Shown one piece after another: positions 37,206 through 52,600 of a stretch of DNA of 64,000 bases. This DNA is from Leucoraja ocellata (lineage: Eukaryota), in assembly GCA_036785375.1 (NCBI GenBank), contig JAWMAR010000098.1, positions 4,154,001 to 4,218,000 of the forward strand, given 5' to 3'. Within the stretch, counting starts at the first letter, position 1; each line of letters begins with the position of its first letter. Position numbers and translations under genes: made by a program. The notes below the pieces were generated by a model. The model made no database searches. It was not told where the DNA came from and saw nothing but the letters and a program-made list of their open reading frames with translations.

Positions 37206-40200
37206 GATTCAAACACAGTTGTCCTGTCGACTCAAAATTGCTTGAGTGCGTGCTGCATCGACAATAAAAGATATCATTAAGAAACGATTACAGTACTTCC
37301 CTGATAATATGCAAGACGTGATTAAAAAAAACCCACAGAAGCTTCCATGTTTTAGCACCTTTTCATTTCTTTCAGCAATGAAGCTCAGATGTGCTATTAT
37401 ACACTGGGATGCGAATGAAATAACATGGTCTTACATGCTATTGTCCATGCAGCTATGTGGGATTCTGCATTCGCTTGTTCTCTCGCCATGTACACGACAC
37501 ATCTCATAAATAAATTATGATAAGACATTGCATGGTAAACCATCAATTTACATTTTACTAATTTAAACCGTACACCAAAGAGCAAATGGATACTTGCTTA
37601 AAGAATTTAATGCTGCTCTATGGATGACCACAAGGCAGATATAAGACAGATAGAGGAGTGTGAGACGTATAAATTATTTCATGTTTCTGTCACCTCCTCA
37701 GCTCCCGGTGCACAAGGCCACATTAAATTTATTCTTTCAAGTGCTTTTTGAGCCCTAGAAAGGCCAGAAATGAAATAATCAATCTATTAAATAAATCATT
37801 CCATGTGTTAGTGATTGACATTATTGCAAGAACATTGGAAAAAATCAGGATTTATTCTTTTTTGAAACTGTTTATAGCTAAAGAGATGATTTACTGATCC
37901 TAAAATGATGCATTATGAATGAAACCATAAGCAGGTTGAAAGGCATAGTGTAAATATGTGCAAGCATTTTTAAGTTGCCCTGATATATACAGCATTTCTG
38001 CAACAAAAATACCTTGGTGCTGGCACAATAGTAACTAAATGTCGACTCATGGAATATGCCAACTTTTCTGCTTCCAGAATTTTTAAAGCTTTATTTCAAT
38101 TGTGGTCACTCTTATCTTAAAGTTATTTTTTTGTCTGCTGCAAAGAATGTTGTATAAATAAGCTATTGAAATTTCCATCAGTCCCAGAATAGCAGAAAGC
38201 TTTTCAGTCAGTTTTACTTAATGGAACAGTTGAACATTGCGACTGTGTTATTAGAAACACAAGCTCTCGACCAAATTACATATTTTAGTGTTTGAATTAA
38301 TTGTATTAATCATAACCACACTAAATATCGTGCATCCGGTGGCTGTCTTTTGAGGTAGTTTTAGCTTTTTACTGAAATATTCAGTAGGAAACAGTAATAT
38401 TAAGTTTACATTTTGAGAGTGATCCAGGAATCAGTAGTTATTCTTTTCCACAAATTCACCTCCAAACGGAAAAAAAATCTAATTTAACTGGATTTTACTG
38501 TTCAATGTGTAATGAAAATAAAAATGATCGTGTTTATTAATTTTAACATTTTATTCTCCACTGTTTTGAAATTATTGGTCACAGCAAATAAGACGAGATT
38601 GCTTTTTTGTAACGAGTGTAGTCTCTTGCCATTAAAGCATCACAATGGTAATAATGAGAACCCAAACCCCCACAAGCAGGCCTCAATCCCCAGAATTAAA
38701 CATATTTCTGGCTGCTCAAATGTCAGTCTCACATCATTTGTAAAATACGCTGAAGGTTCAGGTTACATTCCAATACCAACATTTTCCTTTTCTACTATTA
38801 AATGTTCCTTATTGAACGTCGAACCATCCTTTGCCTGAATAATTTCAGAAAACAAAATCATTTTTGCTTTCCTATGGACATATCTGATATATTTGATTAT
38901 GGCCTGGTTTTGAATTCTGCATTCAGATCAGAATGAAGTAATGAAATAACACTGCTGTGCAAGATGTAAAAATAAGTAAATACATTGTCCCAAGGCCTGC
39001 AGCATAAGGAGCTGTACTATCAAAATATTAATTTTGTGATATATCGTTTAATGAAGTTCAAATGCAAAACATTACAGTTTAGCACATGAAGAACAAGAAA
39101 AAAATGTGGAATGTAGTCCTGTGGGAATTATATTTGATAAATATTTGTAACCAACAACCATCCTTCCTTTTTTGGGCTCGCACTGATGCTATATGAAATC
39201 AGACAGATATGTGGTGGTATTGAGATGAAAAATATATTTATTCTCTACTGATGTTGCTTCTTTTACATGTTTAAGCTGTGGTTTACTGCATTTTTGAGTA
39301 GAAAATTGCCTGGGATTTAATGCCTCTGACCTGTAACCTGCACAACACACAATCTGCATCCATCCTAATAGAAGCGTACATGATATTCTGGGAAGATATT
39401 CATTGTAAGCTTATGAGGAAAGTGAAGCTGTACAAACCCTTTAATAGCTACATATCAGAATGGAAACTTTGCTAACAGTGTAATGCATAACTGCATATTG
39501 CTAAGTGCCACAGTGGATAAACAACACAACGAAAAAGCTGATATCAAAACGTACCTCTGCGGTACATCCTGTCCGCAGAATTTAAACCCTACTTCAATTA
39601 TCAAATCAATTGTCACGTATAATCTGATTTCTGAAATTTATATAATTTTAACTCTTAACCTTCATCTATTGTTTTATATTTGAAAGCATAACGGTTGTTT
39701 TTAGGAATCTCAGAATACACCTCTACAACAAGGTTACTCTACAGCATTAGTAGCCTCGAGCAAACATCAGAGATAGTGTTAATCTGCATCTCACTGTGTA
39801 ACATGGAGCCGTATGTGAAAAGAAAATGGTACAAACTTGTTCCTTTGAAGGGAATACTGTTTTGCCATGAACCTCCTAAGCACATATCTGCATAAATAAA
39901 TATATAAAATATATTTTGTGTTAATTCATTGCTTCTTCGTACAATTTGATATTGCATAATGACCAACGAGAGTAGGAGAAAAGGTTTAGAAATCAAATCA
40001 TGAAAACAGCCCTGAGGGTGGCACAAACTATTTCTAATTGTTTGCTTATTGACACCAATTTATCACGGGGCACTTACTGAATAAAGGTTTCTGCAATACA
40101 TGACACTTCGTTATGTCAGTTTTTACCTCGTGTTACAGCCCACATTTGAAAGAAGTGCTGAAAACTCTCAGACCAGAAATGAGCAGCCTATTAAGATTTG

Positions 40201-43200
40201 AAAAGCTGTCATCTAAACTGAAAAGACTTGCGTCAGCCACAGAGGATATATTTTAACTGCCTGTCCACAAAACTTTAATAATGCTGTCTTGCTCTAATGT
40301 GTGCGAGAAAGACAATTTTACTTCTTCTATTAACCTGAAGTGATTACAATAGCTTGATGGTGTTGCCTTATTTCATGGAATATTAAGTTCAAATTCTACT
40401 CACTGCAAGAACGATAAAAGTAACTCGTTCCTATATGCCCCCCAAATAGCCTCAAGTGACACAAATATTTTATTCTCCTTGCAAGTCTGCTGTAATCTAG
40501 GCCTATACAAGGAATGAGTTTTGTCAGATTAGCTTTAATAAATTTGGAACTGTGCATTTGTTTATTACTTGCATTTTCATATCAGATACCATATCTAATT
40601 CTTTTTTTGGCCAGCCACATATCAATGTTGTAAATATCTTACTTCATAATAGGGCATTACTTCAAATGAAAAGGACAGATACCACTTGTGTCATTGCATA
40701 GATTCATATCCAGTTCACAGTACCATAGCTTAGGATGCAGTGCATTTGCATTTTATTGGTAGCGTCACTGTGAACTATACGAATACCGTTTTCACTGAGG
40801 AAGTCGTATATAATAGATAAAATAAAGCTTCATGTTATTCATCATATGATAGAATGAAACTGTCATACGCACAAGCAAAACTATATTGTTCCAGTGATCC
40901 TATGTGTAATAAAATGATGATTCAATATTTCTTTAATCTGTTACAAACATGCTTTGTTTCACAAGGCTAAATAGTTATTCAGTCTTTACAGAAAATGATA
41001 ACATTATTTGTACGAAATTCAAAATTCAACTATTATTATACCTCTGTTAAAAACTCTAATTAGTCGGTCTCATTATTACTAATCTCCTTAGAAAAATACT
41101 AACATTTGCAACACACAAAGTCTGTAGCAACGTGCTTTAAGCAAACAATTCACAGAAACAGACAGACAGACAACACAAGCATACATTCCACCAGTTTTGT
41201 TTAATGCTGGAAAAATAATTCATAGACTGTATTTCAATTACTAAACAAAATGAATTGGCAAAAAATTAAGGGGAAAATCGAACAAATATAAGATTAATAT
41301 AGAATTATGAAAATGACTGAAATACACAATGAAAGAGATAGAATAAGTGGTGGAATTCTTTGATGTCTGAATTCCAATTATACCCCTGACTGAGTTCAAA
41401 GAAAAAAAATGAATAAGGTATATGTTAGAAGGCACTAGATGCATCTTTGGTCTCAGCACTGCGCCCTCTTTATGGTCATTCCCTTACGATTCCCGTGATG
41501 GAATTCTTCCTCCAAATTCTCATATTTGATTCACTGGTTGACAAATAAAGACAAATGCTTTATCAGCTGTCATTTTCTCTTCGCAGACCATTCACTGAAT
41601 TCATGAGGAAAAAAAATAAATGGAATGAATGAGACTGTCGCATGCAAGCTGCAGAATTTCCCTGCTAATTCAAACGTGTGCAACAAAACATGAGCTTTTG
41701 AATACAATGCAATCTGCTGCATCGACTAAGAAAGTCTTGCAGCTTCACCCACTGAAATAAAACATATATTTACACTAGAATTAGAAAATACATCTTTCTA
41801 TCAACAGCCCATTTTACATCTATTTAAAATCAAATTGAGCTAATAAATGTCTGATGAAATAAAATTGATAACCTTAAAAAATAAAAATGCAACAAAGTAA
41901 TAATTTCATAAATATGGCCCATATTACATGATAAATATTAAAGATTTCAAAAGAAATATTTCAGCAGTCATCGATTGTATTTAATTTTTTTATACTCTGT
42001 CGCTCTTTATTAGATTTTTTTTTAAATATCATTCAAAATATAAATTTGTATGCAATATTAAATCTCAAGTGAATCTGGAGCTGACAGATAATGACCACCT
42101 TTAGATGGCTTTTTCTTAACCTTTTTGTTAAATTTTCATCAAAGGATTTTTTCTGTTTTTGCCATTTAATTACAGTTTAATGCCACACTTATTAATAGAA
42201 GCAAAAAATGCAAATGCACCAAAAGGATATATTTGTGTTGCATTCATTTATATCCTGCAAGACACAAATGTCAATCCCTCCATTTTGTAAGTTCCTTCTC
42301 TAGTGCAAATTAAATAAACTATTATTTTATGTATTTTTTATTCAAAACAAGAGTCCATCTGTATATTTATTAAGATTCAAGGTAATTGTTATGTTACATT
42401 TAAAAGAAACTTGCATCAAGTAGCAATGAAGTGTATCAGATTGGCATTTCACACAAAAGGTGATTACAGCAGCCAAGTTTGGTAAGCAGTAGAAATAAAA
42501 CAATATAAAATTGATAACATGAGCATGCATTTTACCTCAGACCGAAAGCAAGGCATGCTATAGAAATAATTTGTTGTTGAACAGGCCAATTTCTATTCAT
42601 ATTAAGAATTGCCACAGAAAACTAACTGTAGGACTATCTAGAATGTCTTACTTCAATGTGGAGACCAGAACATTAAAACGAGAACCGTAAGAAATAAATC
42701 ATGTTCTAACGAATGGAAAAGTAAAATCCTTTTTTTGACTGCATCTTACAGCACCCATGCTGCACAGGCACTGTTTGAAATGATACGTGAACCAAAACAA
42801 AATTAACAGGAGCCTCAAACGTGAAACAATTATTCATTTTCTTATCTGATATTACATATTTTAGTGCGTTTATTTAGGAATAAATCAGTACATTAGGTGA
42901 ATGTGAAAAATGTTAATCTAAATTCTACAAACCTACGTGTCACGACAAGCGTGTATGCTGCATTGAGCATAACAAGACGAAAGGGGTTATTGACACACTG
43001 TTGTCTCAAACCACTCTGAATACATTTCACATTTCATCAGTTTTGTCTTTTCTGCCACGGGTGAAGGCGATCAGAGCAGACACCCATTAGATTTTTCATA
43101 CAATTTTTTCGACACGTTGGCAGGATGATGGCAATTTTGAAATCTTACCAAATGAGAAAATGTCAAAAATTGAACTGACATCAATAGGCGTCAAGGAGAC

Positions 43201-46200
43201 AAAGCGATCTAAAAATATAAAGCTTGCTTAATTCAAAAGTAATCAACATTTTGTTTTACAACTAAGGAAAAACGAGAGCTTATTTTGAAAGGAAAGAGTT
43301 CATTCTTTAATTACCGGAACACACAAAATTAACCGAGCTTTCCTTTGTTTCATTTCCATGTGAGAAATATGAAGCTTCAAGGACTGTACATCCAAGCTCA
43401 ATTTTAACAAAAACACTTGCATAAAGCACCAGACATAAAAAGCATTCAACTGTGGGTCAAGCCTATGAAAAATATGAAATTTCATTAAAAAAAATTGAAA
43501 AGTAGAGTGTCATTTATGTGTTACACTGAAAACCACTTCTATAAAATAGAGGGGCAGTAGTAACGAAAATGACATAGATTTTGAAAAGCAGCTCAATTAA
43601 TTGAAGCCTGTAAAAAAAATTGCATGAAAAATCTTTTTGAAGAGTTAATTTTTAAGAAAGTCTGCTCTACGAACCTGTCCCTGCACTTAAAAATTATCGA
43701 CCAATATACATATGCATCTAAGCATGCAACTACAAAATCTTTCAAGGATAATAGTCAAAAGATTCCTTTGTTTGCAGGAGTCAAATTTAAAATCCCTCTA
43801 TATTTTTGCTCTTTTAGAATCGCAACCAAAAAAAAACATTTAAAATCATGCAAACATGCCACTACAGTCACCAGATTTTAAGAACACTAAAAAATTACAA
43901 TTATATCATTAGATTCCAATAAAAACCATCCTTTGTCTAAAAAGCTATCATTTTACACAATAGTGAGATACGTACAGCCTTAAAATCAAATGGTTTGATA
44001 AAGCAAAGACGATAGACTGCATTGCCATCTACAGGCAATACTGCATAAAAGCAGCCATTTCAAATTATAAACTCAAGTGTTTAAAATTAAATATTCTTTG
44101 TTTAAGAAATAAGGGTATGAGAAACAAACTGATAAGATATCAAATTTCTTCTGAGTATATTTTGTTATTTGGCTCTGAAATACTGAACCAAAATAATGTG
44201 TTTTGCTTCGCTTGAACCCTCTTGTCTTGGAAGTACAAAGCACGGAACGCCATTGTTTCATAAATAAAATTACTTTTGCATCTGCAATCGACACAGTCTT
44301 ACTATTTAGCGCATGTGATGCATTACCCAAGCGCACCGATTCATCTGAATTGTAAAAAGCTCATTCTGCAAAAATTTTAGCTTCTCAGATTCAAAGATGG
44401 AATAATAATTAAATCCAAATTTCCAGACCCATCGAAGGATCTTATGAATGCATGGTAACTTTCAATGAGAAAACCCAGGGTTAACAGAGTTAAATAATAA
44501 TACTGTAACTGAGGAAGCCAAAAATGTTGTAGGAAGAGAAATCTGGAAGGTATTGAGCCGGGGTTGGCTGAGCCAGACTAGTAGTCAGTATTAATTTCCT
44601 TTCAGTTATTTTTACGTAGTACCATTTTTGTAGTCAAGAAAAGGCCTACCCTGCGCTATTTCATGGTAATACAGAAATCGCGGTCATGGAAAGGAGAGTG
44701 ACTACCAGTGTATAATATGCACTAAGTTTAATAAAACTCAAAAGCTATAGTATACATTAATGATCCAGGAAGTCACCTCTTCTGCTACATCCATCATCTA
44801 CCCAAGAAAATGAAGTCTTTGACAGCATTATGGAATTACTTCTGATCTTGTCAGTAATTTTCAGTTTATAATTAATATAATAAAAATCTGCATGAAAACT
44901 GTGCACACTAAGGCTTGTGACTTTTTTTACAGTCATATTAACAGAAAATTACTGTACACTCCATAAATCGTCCACAGATAAGGCCCTCTTCAACATATAC
45001 TAAACATGCAAATCCATGGAATAAAGCTCCTGGAATGGTGGATTTCAGGTGGCATTATATTAAAACATCCAATTAAATGAAATATTCAACCAAAATGTAT
45101 GTTTCATTAATGCAAAGCTAACGAGTGCATTTGATTATTTTTGTAAATAAGCATGCATTAAAAGGTTTGCTGCAAATATGTAGCATGTTACAAAGGACAA
45201 GGGTAGAATGTGTACTTAAGTTCCTTCACATTTGTACTGCATTTACAACTTTATTTCTATTCATTATGTTTGAACAATTCTACATTTTCTCTTTTCCATG
45301 TTGTAACATCACAATTTCTGATGAGATATCATGGTGTAATATTAATCTTCAATTCCCTGTTCTTAGTTTATTCTGCAGTTACAATAATAATGAATGTTTC
45401 CATGATTGACCTTTAGTAAATAATTTGTGGCAATTCAGTTTTTATTACCAGAGTAAAAATTAGAACAAATAATTAGCAATTCATACAGGAGTTGCAGCTT
45501 ATATCCAATCCCTTTCTCATAGATAACATTGAAATCATATTTTTAGTAAAGACCCAGGAATAAGGCGTTAAAATAAAGCAACATCTAGCTTCTAAATTAT
45601 TGAGCAAATTATCAATGTAAAGTGTCTACTTTGAATCAAACATTAACTAAAACATCTACTTTAGCCAAAGAGAATATGAGCAAATACTGCTCAGTTTTAT
45701 GCACATATGTGCTATTTAGTAAAAATGGTACTGCCAATTTTTTTTTTAACTGCAACATTTAAAGTACTGATTAGAATTTATTGGAAATGTCAGTAACTTA
45801 AATAATAGATTAAATTTATAAAGAAAGTAATGATGACTATTAATATTTTGTTAATAACAAGTCAATGCTTGGTTTAACCTTAAAAGGAAACCACTAAAAT
45901 CTTTTGTTAAATGCAAACTTTCTAAAATACTGCATTTAAGTTAATGCTTCCCCATTTGGGTCCTGATTAAAATAGGGATGCGATATAAGAGATAAGTTGG
46001 TGATATAAGTTGCTAAATTTCAGTTAGTTTGTGTTAATTCAGAATTCTGATCTGCTTTATAATATTTTTTTCTTTTTTATTATCTGTGCTGTATTTCCAC
46101 GGGAAAATGTGGATAAAAATGGCCATCATCGTATATGGGGTCACAATGAAAACAAAATTATAAAATGTGTAGATTATAATGCATAACAATTACCCAAGAA

Positions 46201-48685
46201 TAAAAATTCATTATATAACATTTTGTGCTAAATGTTTATGTATGTACTAAGGTTGAAAGAAACTATTTAATCAGTAATGGGCTTCAATTAACTCACTGAA
46301 GTCAAATCATTTGTCCCAATAATGAGGCTCAGGTGTACATCTAACTTTAGCTATTTATTGCTGTACAATGATGAGATTGAGAATGAAATCACCTCTGCCT
46401 TGATAAATAATAACGGTTTCACAGATATTTCTTCACGTTTTGACATTGGGTTGTGAGCGATGGAAGGTTTAGTCTGAATTATTTTTAGTCTGAAAAAAAA
46501 TCTTCATAAATACAGAAACGCAAATGGAGATATCGAGAGCCAAAGACACATCTGTAAATAATAGAAAAAGCACAAGAACTGATCAAGGGGAATTTACATC
46601 GAATGTGTATGATACTGAACCATTGTGATGCAGTTATCATTGCTTTAATATTGAGAGCATTTCTTTAAAGCATTTTATCTGGGAAAAAAAAAATACAAAT
46701 CTACTTTTAAACAGTGTTTTTTTACATGCAGTTATATCGTTAACTTCACAGAGCCAAACATTAAATCGATACCCTGAAGAAAATGAATAAAATACATGGT
46801 AGAAAGTAATTCACCATGTTGTATTTTAGACACCCAAATTGCCAATGATCAAAACCTGAAAGTAACAGAGAAGTAAGAAATAACCACTATGGATTTATGA
46901 TTACTGAAGATCAATATCAGTTTTTGATCAGTAAATTACTGATACAATCAGTGGTGTATTTCCCTTTCCATAATACATATAAATTATAGGATGTGACATT
47001 TATCTTATTTGTACATTGCATTGTGTGAATTTTATTTTATATGTATTAACTTAACTTATTAATTCAATCTAAAATGAATTTCTAGTTAACTGATAATAAA
47101 ATGTAAACTGCTATCCCCAGAAAGAATAATCTACTTCCATAAAGTAATAATGGGGACGAAAGATCTGGCAACTCCAAGACATTTATTAAGCGTATATCAC
47201 TTTTCAAAGACCAAAATATTGTTCTTCTATGTTCTGATGTGACCCGGGAATTTTTTGAAAAAATTCTAAAATTACTATCTGAAGTTCTGATAAAGACACA
47301 CTCTCATCATCGACACCTCGGGCAAGGCCATCTAATAGGGACAAATTGCCAATGACTGCCCAAGCAACTACCACAGACTGCTGATTTGTGGATTGATACT
47401 GATGTTTAATGATCCCCTTGGGTGGATCAATAGTAATAATCCTCTTTTCTGCCTTTCTTTCTTATTGGCACTACAGACTAGGGTTTCGGTGGGAGCTCTG
47501 TAGCAATTGCAAGCTTATAGGGGCAGCAAAGCAAGCGTTCTACAAGTTAAAACACCAGGTAGAGAACAAACAGCATCTCACTGCTTTACAGACGCAAAGT
47601 TTTATTTTACTCGACATGACTTGTATAAAAGCGGATGAATGTCTGGGATGAAATCCATGAAAAACAAAGGTTAATGTGCTTTTTCTTTCCTTCAATATTT
47701 CTGAATTACAGCATTGTTCAATAGTAGGCCATGTGCTTCAATGAAAATTTGATTTAAAAATTAAAAAGTAGAATAATTTTTAATAAAAGAGCAGTTGATT
47801 CAACATTTAAATTAAATTCTGTGAAGTATTAATAAACTGGCAATTGCAAAACTTGGCTGATAGGTCACATCATCAGCACTCTGAATGCAAACACAACTCA
47901 GTTTAAGTCATCCCTGATTTGACTTCAGCTTTGTTAAATGTAAAGCTATATATTTCCCTGTATTGATAAATAAAAATAACAAGTAATAATAAATAGAAAT
48001 ATTTGTGCATCATATTTTTAACCAGGCATCTTTTGTTCACAAATTCTGCTGTGGATTCAATAAATTTAGGCAATAAATGTCTGATTGTCAAGCTGTGCTT
48101 CATGTTTAATGATCATAAAATTCCATGCAAATAAAATCAGGTTAAAAAATGAAGCTGCAGTGAAAACAAATAAAACTGAAAAGCACTATCATTTTTTCAA
48201 AAAAATCATCCCGAATAAAGAATGCATTCTGACAGCCCCTGGCACTAATCAACCTTGTACAGTAAATCAGAAGTCCTTGCCTGCTTACTTGCATAAGCGA
48301 TCACATTCAATTCATTACATCATTATGTCATATCCATACTAATCTCTGCCCTCACACCTCCGTGGCTTTGACATGCAAATGAGCTAGAAAAGCACACATT
48401 AAAAAACACTGCAATCATGTCATGATTCTGAGCTTGAAGCCCTTCTCTGCACACAGGGCTGGTGATCAGAAGAAACAACAGCAATCTGTTGAGGATCAGA
48501 CGCTGAGGCAAGGAGGAGGGGAGGTGGATACACACATACACGTGTCACAAACGCAGCCTGTGTGCCTGCTTTGCATATTCACATGATTTCCATGCTCATC
48601 TGCTTTGGCAGTCAAGTACAAGTTTTTTAAAGTCTCGCACTACGAGGCCATAAATAAAACGAGGAAAAGGATAGAACTGCCTTAC

Positions 48686-48793
48686 CTCAGCTTGTTTGCC
48701 TTGTGCTCTTGCCTTGGAATTCCCTGTGGCTGCTTTGAATTTTGAGCTCCATCCTTCAAGGTTTTGCTATCCCCTCCTCTCTCTGAGTTGTGA
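48686..48793 (-). CDS. Candidate 108-nt cassette exon (phase 2-2), HNSERGGDSKTLKDGAQNSKQPQGIPRQEHKANKL; gene not recognised
   Basis: Strong acceptor gtctttttatttttttatataccag|, strong donor GAG|gtaagg, purine-rich body; only one frame is open and it is the symmetric one. Confidence 0.6.
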
Positions 48794-49566
48794 CTGGTAT
48801 ATAAAAAAATAAAAAGACAACTACATGTTAAGCCAGCAGGCAAGACATCATGAAGCCTTGGATAGGGGGAGGGAAGAGAGGAGGGGTGGGTCACAGTTAA
48901 ACGCTTTACAAAGGAAAACCTGAAGGCTTTCGTAACTTGTAAGAGTCACTTTTCCAGACGTTGCTCTAAGGAGTTGGTGGTTAGGGGCTAGAACCACATT
49001 GCAGGCATGTGCCTGGGATTAAAAGCAGTGCAAATGTCTTCCATATATTCAAACTCGGATTTGCTTCGTGTAAAAATAACTCAGTAATAGTCTAGGACAC
49101 AAATTCGGATGAAATTGTCATTCGAAAAGGTCCAGTCTGGACTGATTGAACACTTTATAAGAGAAACATAATTTTAATCACATGTCTGCTGACTCTTTTC
49201 TGGGTAACAGAATTTGATGAAAACATTCATGACAGAGGGTGCAGCTACATCAGAACACACCAGCCCCAGAAAATAAATGCAACCTCACATTGTATCGAGA
49301 ATAAATGCTGCTTAAATGATAAAACATAATTCTGAACCGAATTATGGAAGAGCCAATTCAATTACACAACCGTTTTTTACAAGAGGGCAACCATATTGAA
49401 AGCAAGTCACATTTTTTTTTTTAAACTCGTCAATTTAAGAAAGCATAAACGAGCCACAGAAAACTTGTTTTGAAAAAAAAACACAAAGTTCTTAAAAGGT
49501 TTTAAATCTCATCCACATGTCTGATGGGGTGGGGGAGAAGTAAGGAATAATGATAACTGATGCCCT

Positions 49567-49657
49567 TTATTTCCTTCCATGTTGTTGTACTTCTTTTATC
49601 TCCCGTGCCCAGAACAGGATCACATGGTCCTGCAGATATAGAGCAAGGGGGAGGAGG
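49567..49657 (-). other. Candidate exon after a strong acceptor, possibly terminal or poison
   Basis: gtgtgtctgttttcttttctctttctccaccag| with UG-rich upstream sequence; the phase-2 frame ends ...VQQHGRK*; no clear donor. Confidence 0.3.
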
Positions 49658-52600
49658 CTGGTGGAGAAAGAGAAAAGAAAACAGACACACTCGTCCACGC
49701 ACCCATACACGCAGATACACATGCACAAAGAGAAAAAAAAAGACAACATTTGCATGCTGGACTGATCTGACAGAATCTTCAGCTTGCTTTTGCCTGGTTT
49801 TAGCCTGAAGATGCATGACCCTGCTGTGGCGTGCAGCAGCCGTGGAGGTGACCCCATGCTAACCAGCCTGTTAGAACTAATAAGGTACACCCATAAACGA
49901 CACCACTGACATTACGGACTCCTGCAGAATTTGTCTATTTATGCACTAGTGGGGTCTAAATTTGCTGCTTCTCGCTGTATTATGTATCGTTACACTTCCA
50001 AGATAATTTTTGGTTTTTTCAGACACTTACAATACGCTTCTGTCGGATAATTATCAACAGCATCAAATAGGGAGATTGCAAATGGCTGGCTGTAATGGAG
50101 GACAGTCCAGAGATGTGCGGAGATAATTTTATTTCTACTAATTTCAACACAAATGGCTTCAGAACAGCAATTTCTCCACTGACAGCACGTCAGCAACCAT
50201 TTATATTACATATTATTTTCCCCTCACTCCCCTCGCTCTGCTGAAATCCTCCATTTTGTGATCACTTGTGATCATCGCAGCTTCCTATTTGCATGCTACG
50301 AGATGGTGGCAAGCAGGGGGAAGAAAAAGACAGTATGTAGAGTGAATGTCAAAGCCCACTTCTGGCATTTGCTCATTTAAATTCAATCATGCAACCTTGC
50401 AGGAGCTGAAAAATAGATGGCCTGCATTATGAATTTCTGATCAGCCGACTGATAGGTTATGGGAGAGGACAGTAATCCTATTGAACAGCCTTTTTCCAAG
50501 CTGGGGAGTAAGACAGCTGCCCTTCTGAGATTGTTTTTTTTTTCTTTACCCTCCTATTATTTTAGCATTTCCCCCCCCCCATATTCTGCTGAATGTGACA
50601 TGTATTAGAACCGCTCACATTTGCATCTGGAGCTTCATTTGATGTACTAACATTAATCATGAACCATTTTAAAATGGACTACATGGTCTTTATTTGTTTA
50701 CACTTTAAAAGCCTCAATATATTTCAAACTCGACAATATTCTTCATGGTCTTATTGTTAAACTAAGTACTCATAAATGCTAATAAATGATTGAAGATTCA
50801 GATCATTTGAATCGTAATAATTTTTAAATAACAAGGCAAAAGTTCATTAAAAATATAACATGAAAATGAAATATGCGGTCAAACATATGTTCTCAAAAGT
50901 ATAATAATAATTGGAGTATGTGGAAGAAACGGGAAAGACTACCAGCTCATAATTTTCATTTATTTGATATGTAACACAGTGATACAAGTCTACTCTTAAA
51001 TCTTAGTGCTAAGCTTAGCCTATTCAGTGTGTCTTACTTATATTCAGCTATTAGACAAAGGATTAAGGCATCTCTATAAATCCTAAAACACACAAATAAA
51101 GTAGATTAAAATTCAAAAAGCTATAAAGCCATTAATGGAAAACAGAAATATTTCAATCAAATTATCTTTTTTTTATCACTAGGAACAAAGTAAAATGCAT
51201 TAAATTAAAAATAAATGATAGTCATGGCTTAGTATATCTTTAATATAAATAATGAAATCAGTCTCCATGCAGTTGTCTTTTGTTCACATTACACTTTATA
51301 ACGGCATACCTTCGGGATTTTTCATTTTAAAATATCTGAATTTTTTTTTAAAAGTATTATTAAAACTGCTTTCAACTCTGTGGAAAATTCCATGTCATGC
51401 GAACAAAATCTGATCAGGCCAATAATTATTTGTGCTATTTGCAGGATGTAAATGGAAGAAGCGTTAAAAGATGTGTACAACCACTGCATTCCTGCTTTAG
51501 GCTTGGCGCCACAGCAAATGGATGTTTGAATCAGCTGGAATAACCATAATATTCCCTTCCCCAACGCAAGTGCAGAGAGCGGGCGAATCATCTGCCCAAG
51601 CCACGTGACCTCTCCTTGCACCATCTGGTCAAGTGGAAATGTAACTTCTGGACAACAGCAAGTTTACGGCATGCTCTGCTTCAAAGTTAAATAGGGTAGC
51701 AAAATATATCTGAACCATCTTCTGTCCTCTTAGAGACCAGAAATAATATGGTCTCCTAATACATTTTATGGCTTTACGGACTATAATTTAATGCAGTAAC
51801 GGGAGAAAAAAAATATCATAACAATGAATAACATACAGTGAATAAGGACATATAAAGCATGCTGGTTCCTTCTGGTAGTTTAATCATGACCTGTTCGTTC
51901 TTTTCCTGTGGCAATTTCCAACCCTACCTAGGAGGGAATGTGCTGCTTGGCAAAAGGCTGCTGCGTGCCCTGTAGTTTATTGTCCTAGTGGCCTTTAATT
52001 TGTGTATAAGAATAGACAGTGAATAATGGCAGGCTACTTGGTCAGAGAAGGCATCACAAGCAAGCATTATTCCGTCGTCACCTGACATTTCGACTTGCAC
52101 ACTTCCGGCAGGGGTCCCGTCTGGATACCAGCAAATGATGGTAATTTTTCACTCCTTAACAGAGAATTGCTGAGCCAATTGCAGTACCCTCCCGCTGCCT
52201 CTATTGAGATCATTCTCTCTGGGCAAGTTTGACAATGGATTTTTAAAAACCTCATCTTTCCACTATTATTGGAACGAAGAAGGAAAGCGGGAAAGGCCAT
52301 CAGCGTTTCTCAGGACATTTAGCTGTCCGCTCCCTTTAACCTTACATCCCATATTCCGAGGCAAACAAGAAACTAACTGTAAATGCAGCGCCTAAGTTCT
52401 GCACCTGCATGCTCAGCTCATTACCATAAGCTAAAAAGTATGGCATAGACTGGGATCAAATAGAAGGAATACCACTGCTGCTATCCAGATGGAGATGGTT
52501 TACATTTGACATAAGGTCAATGGTTTCTAAAACAGAAAAACTCTTGCTTGTAACATTCCTGCTAACTCCACTATTTCATTCAGAACAAAGGGAATCCATT

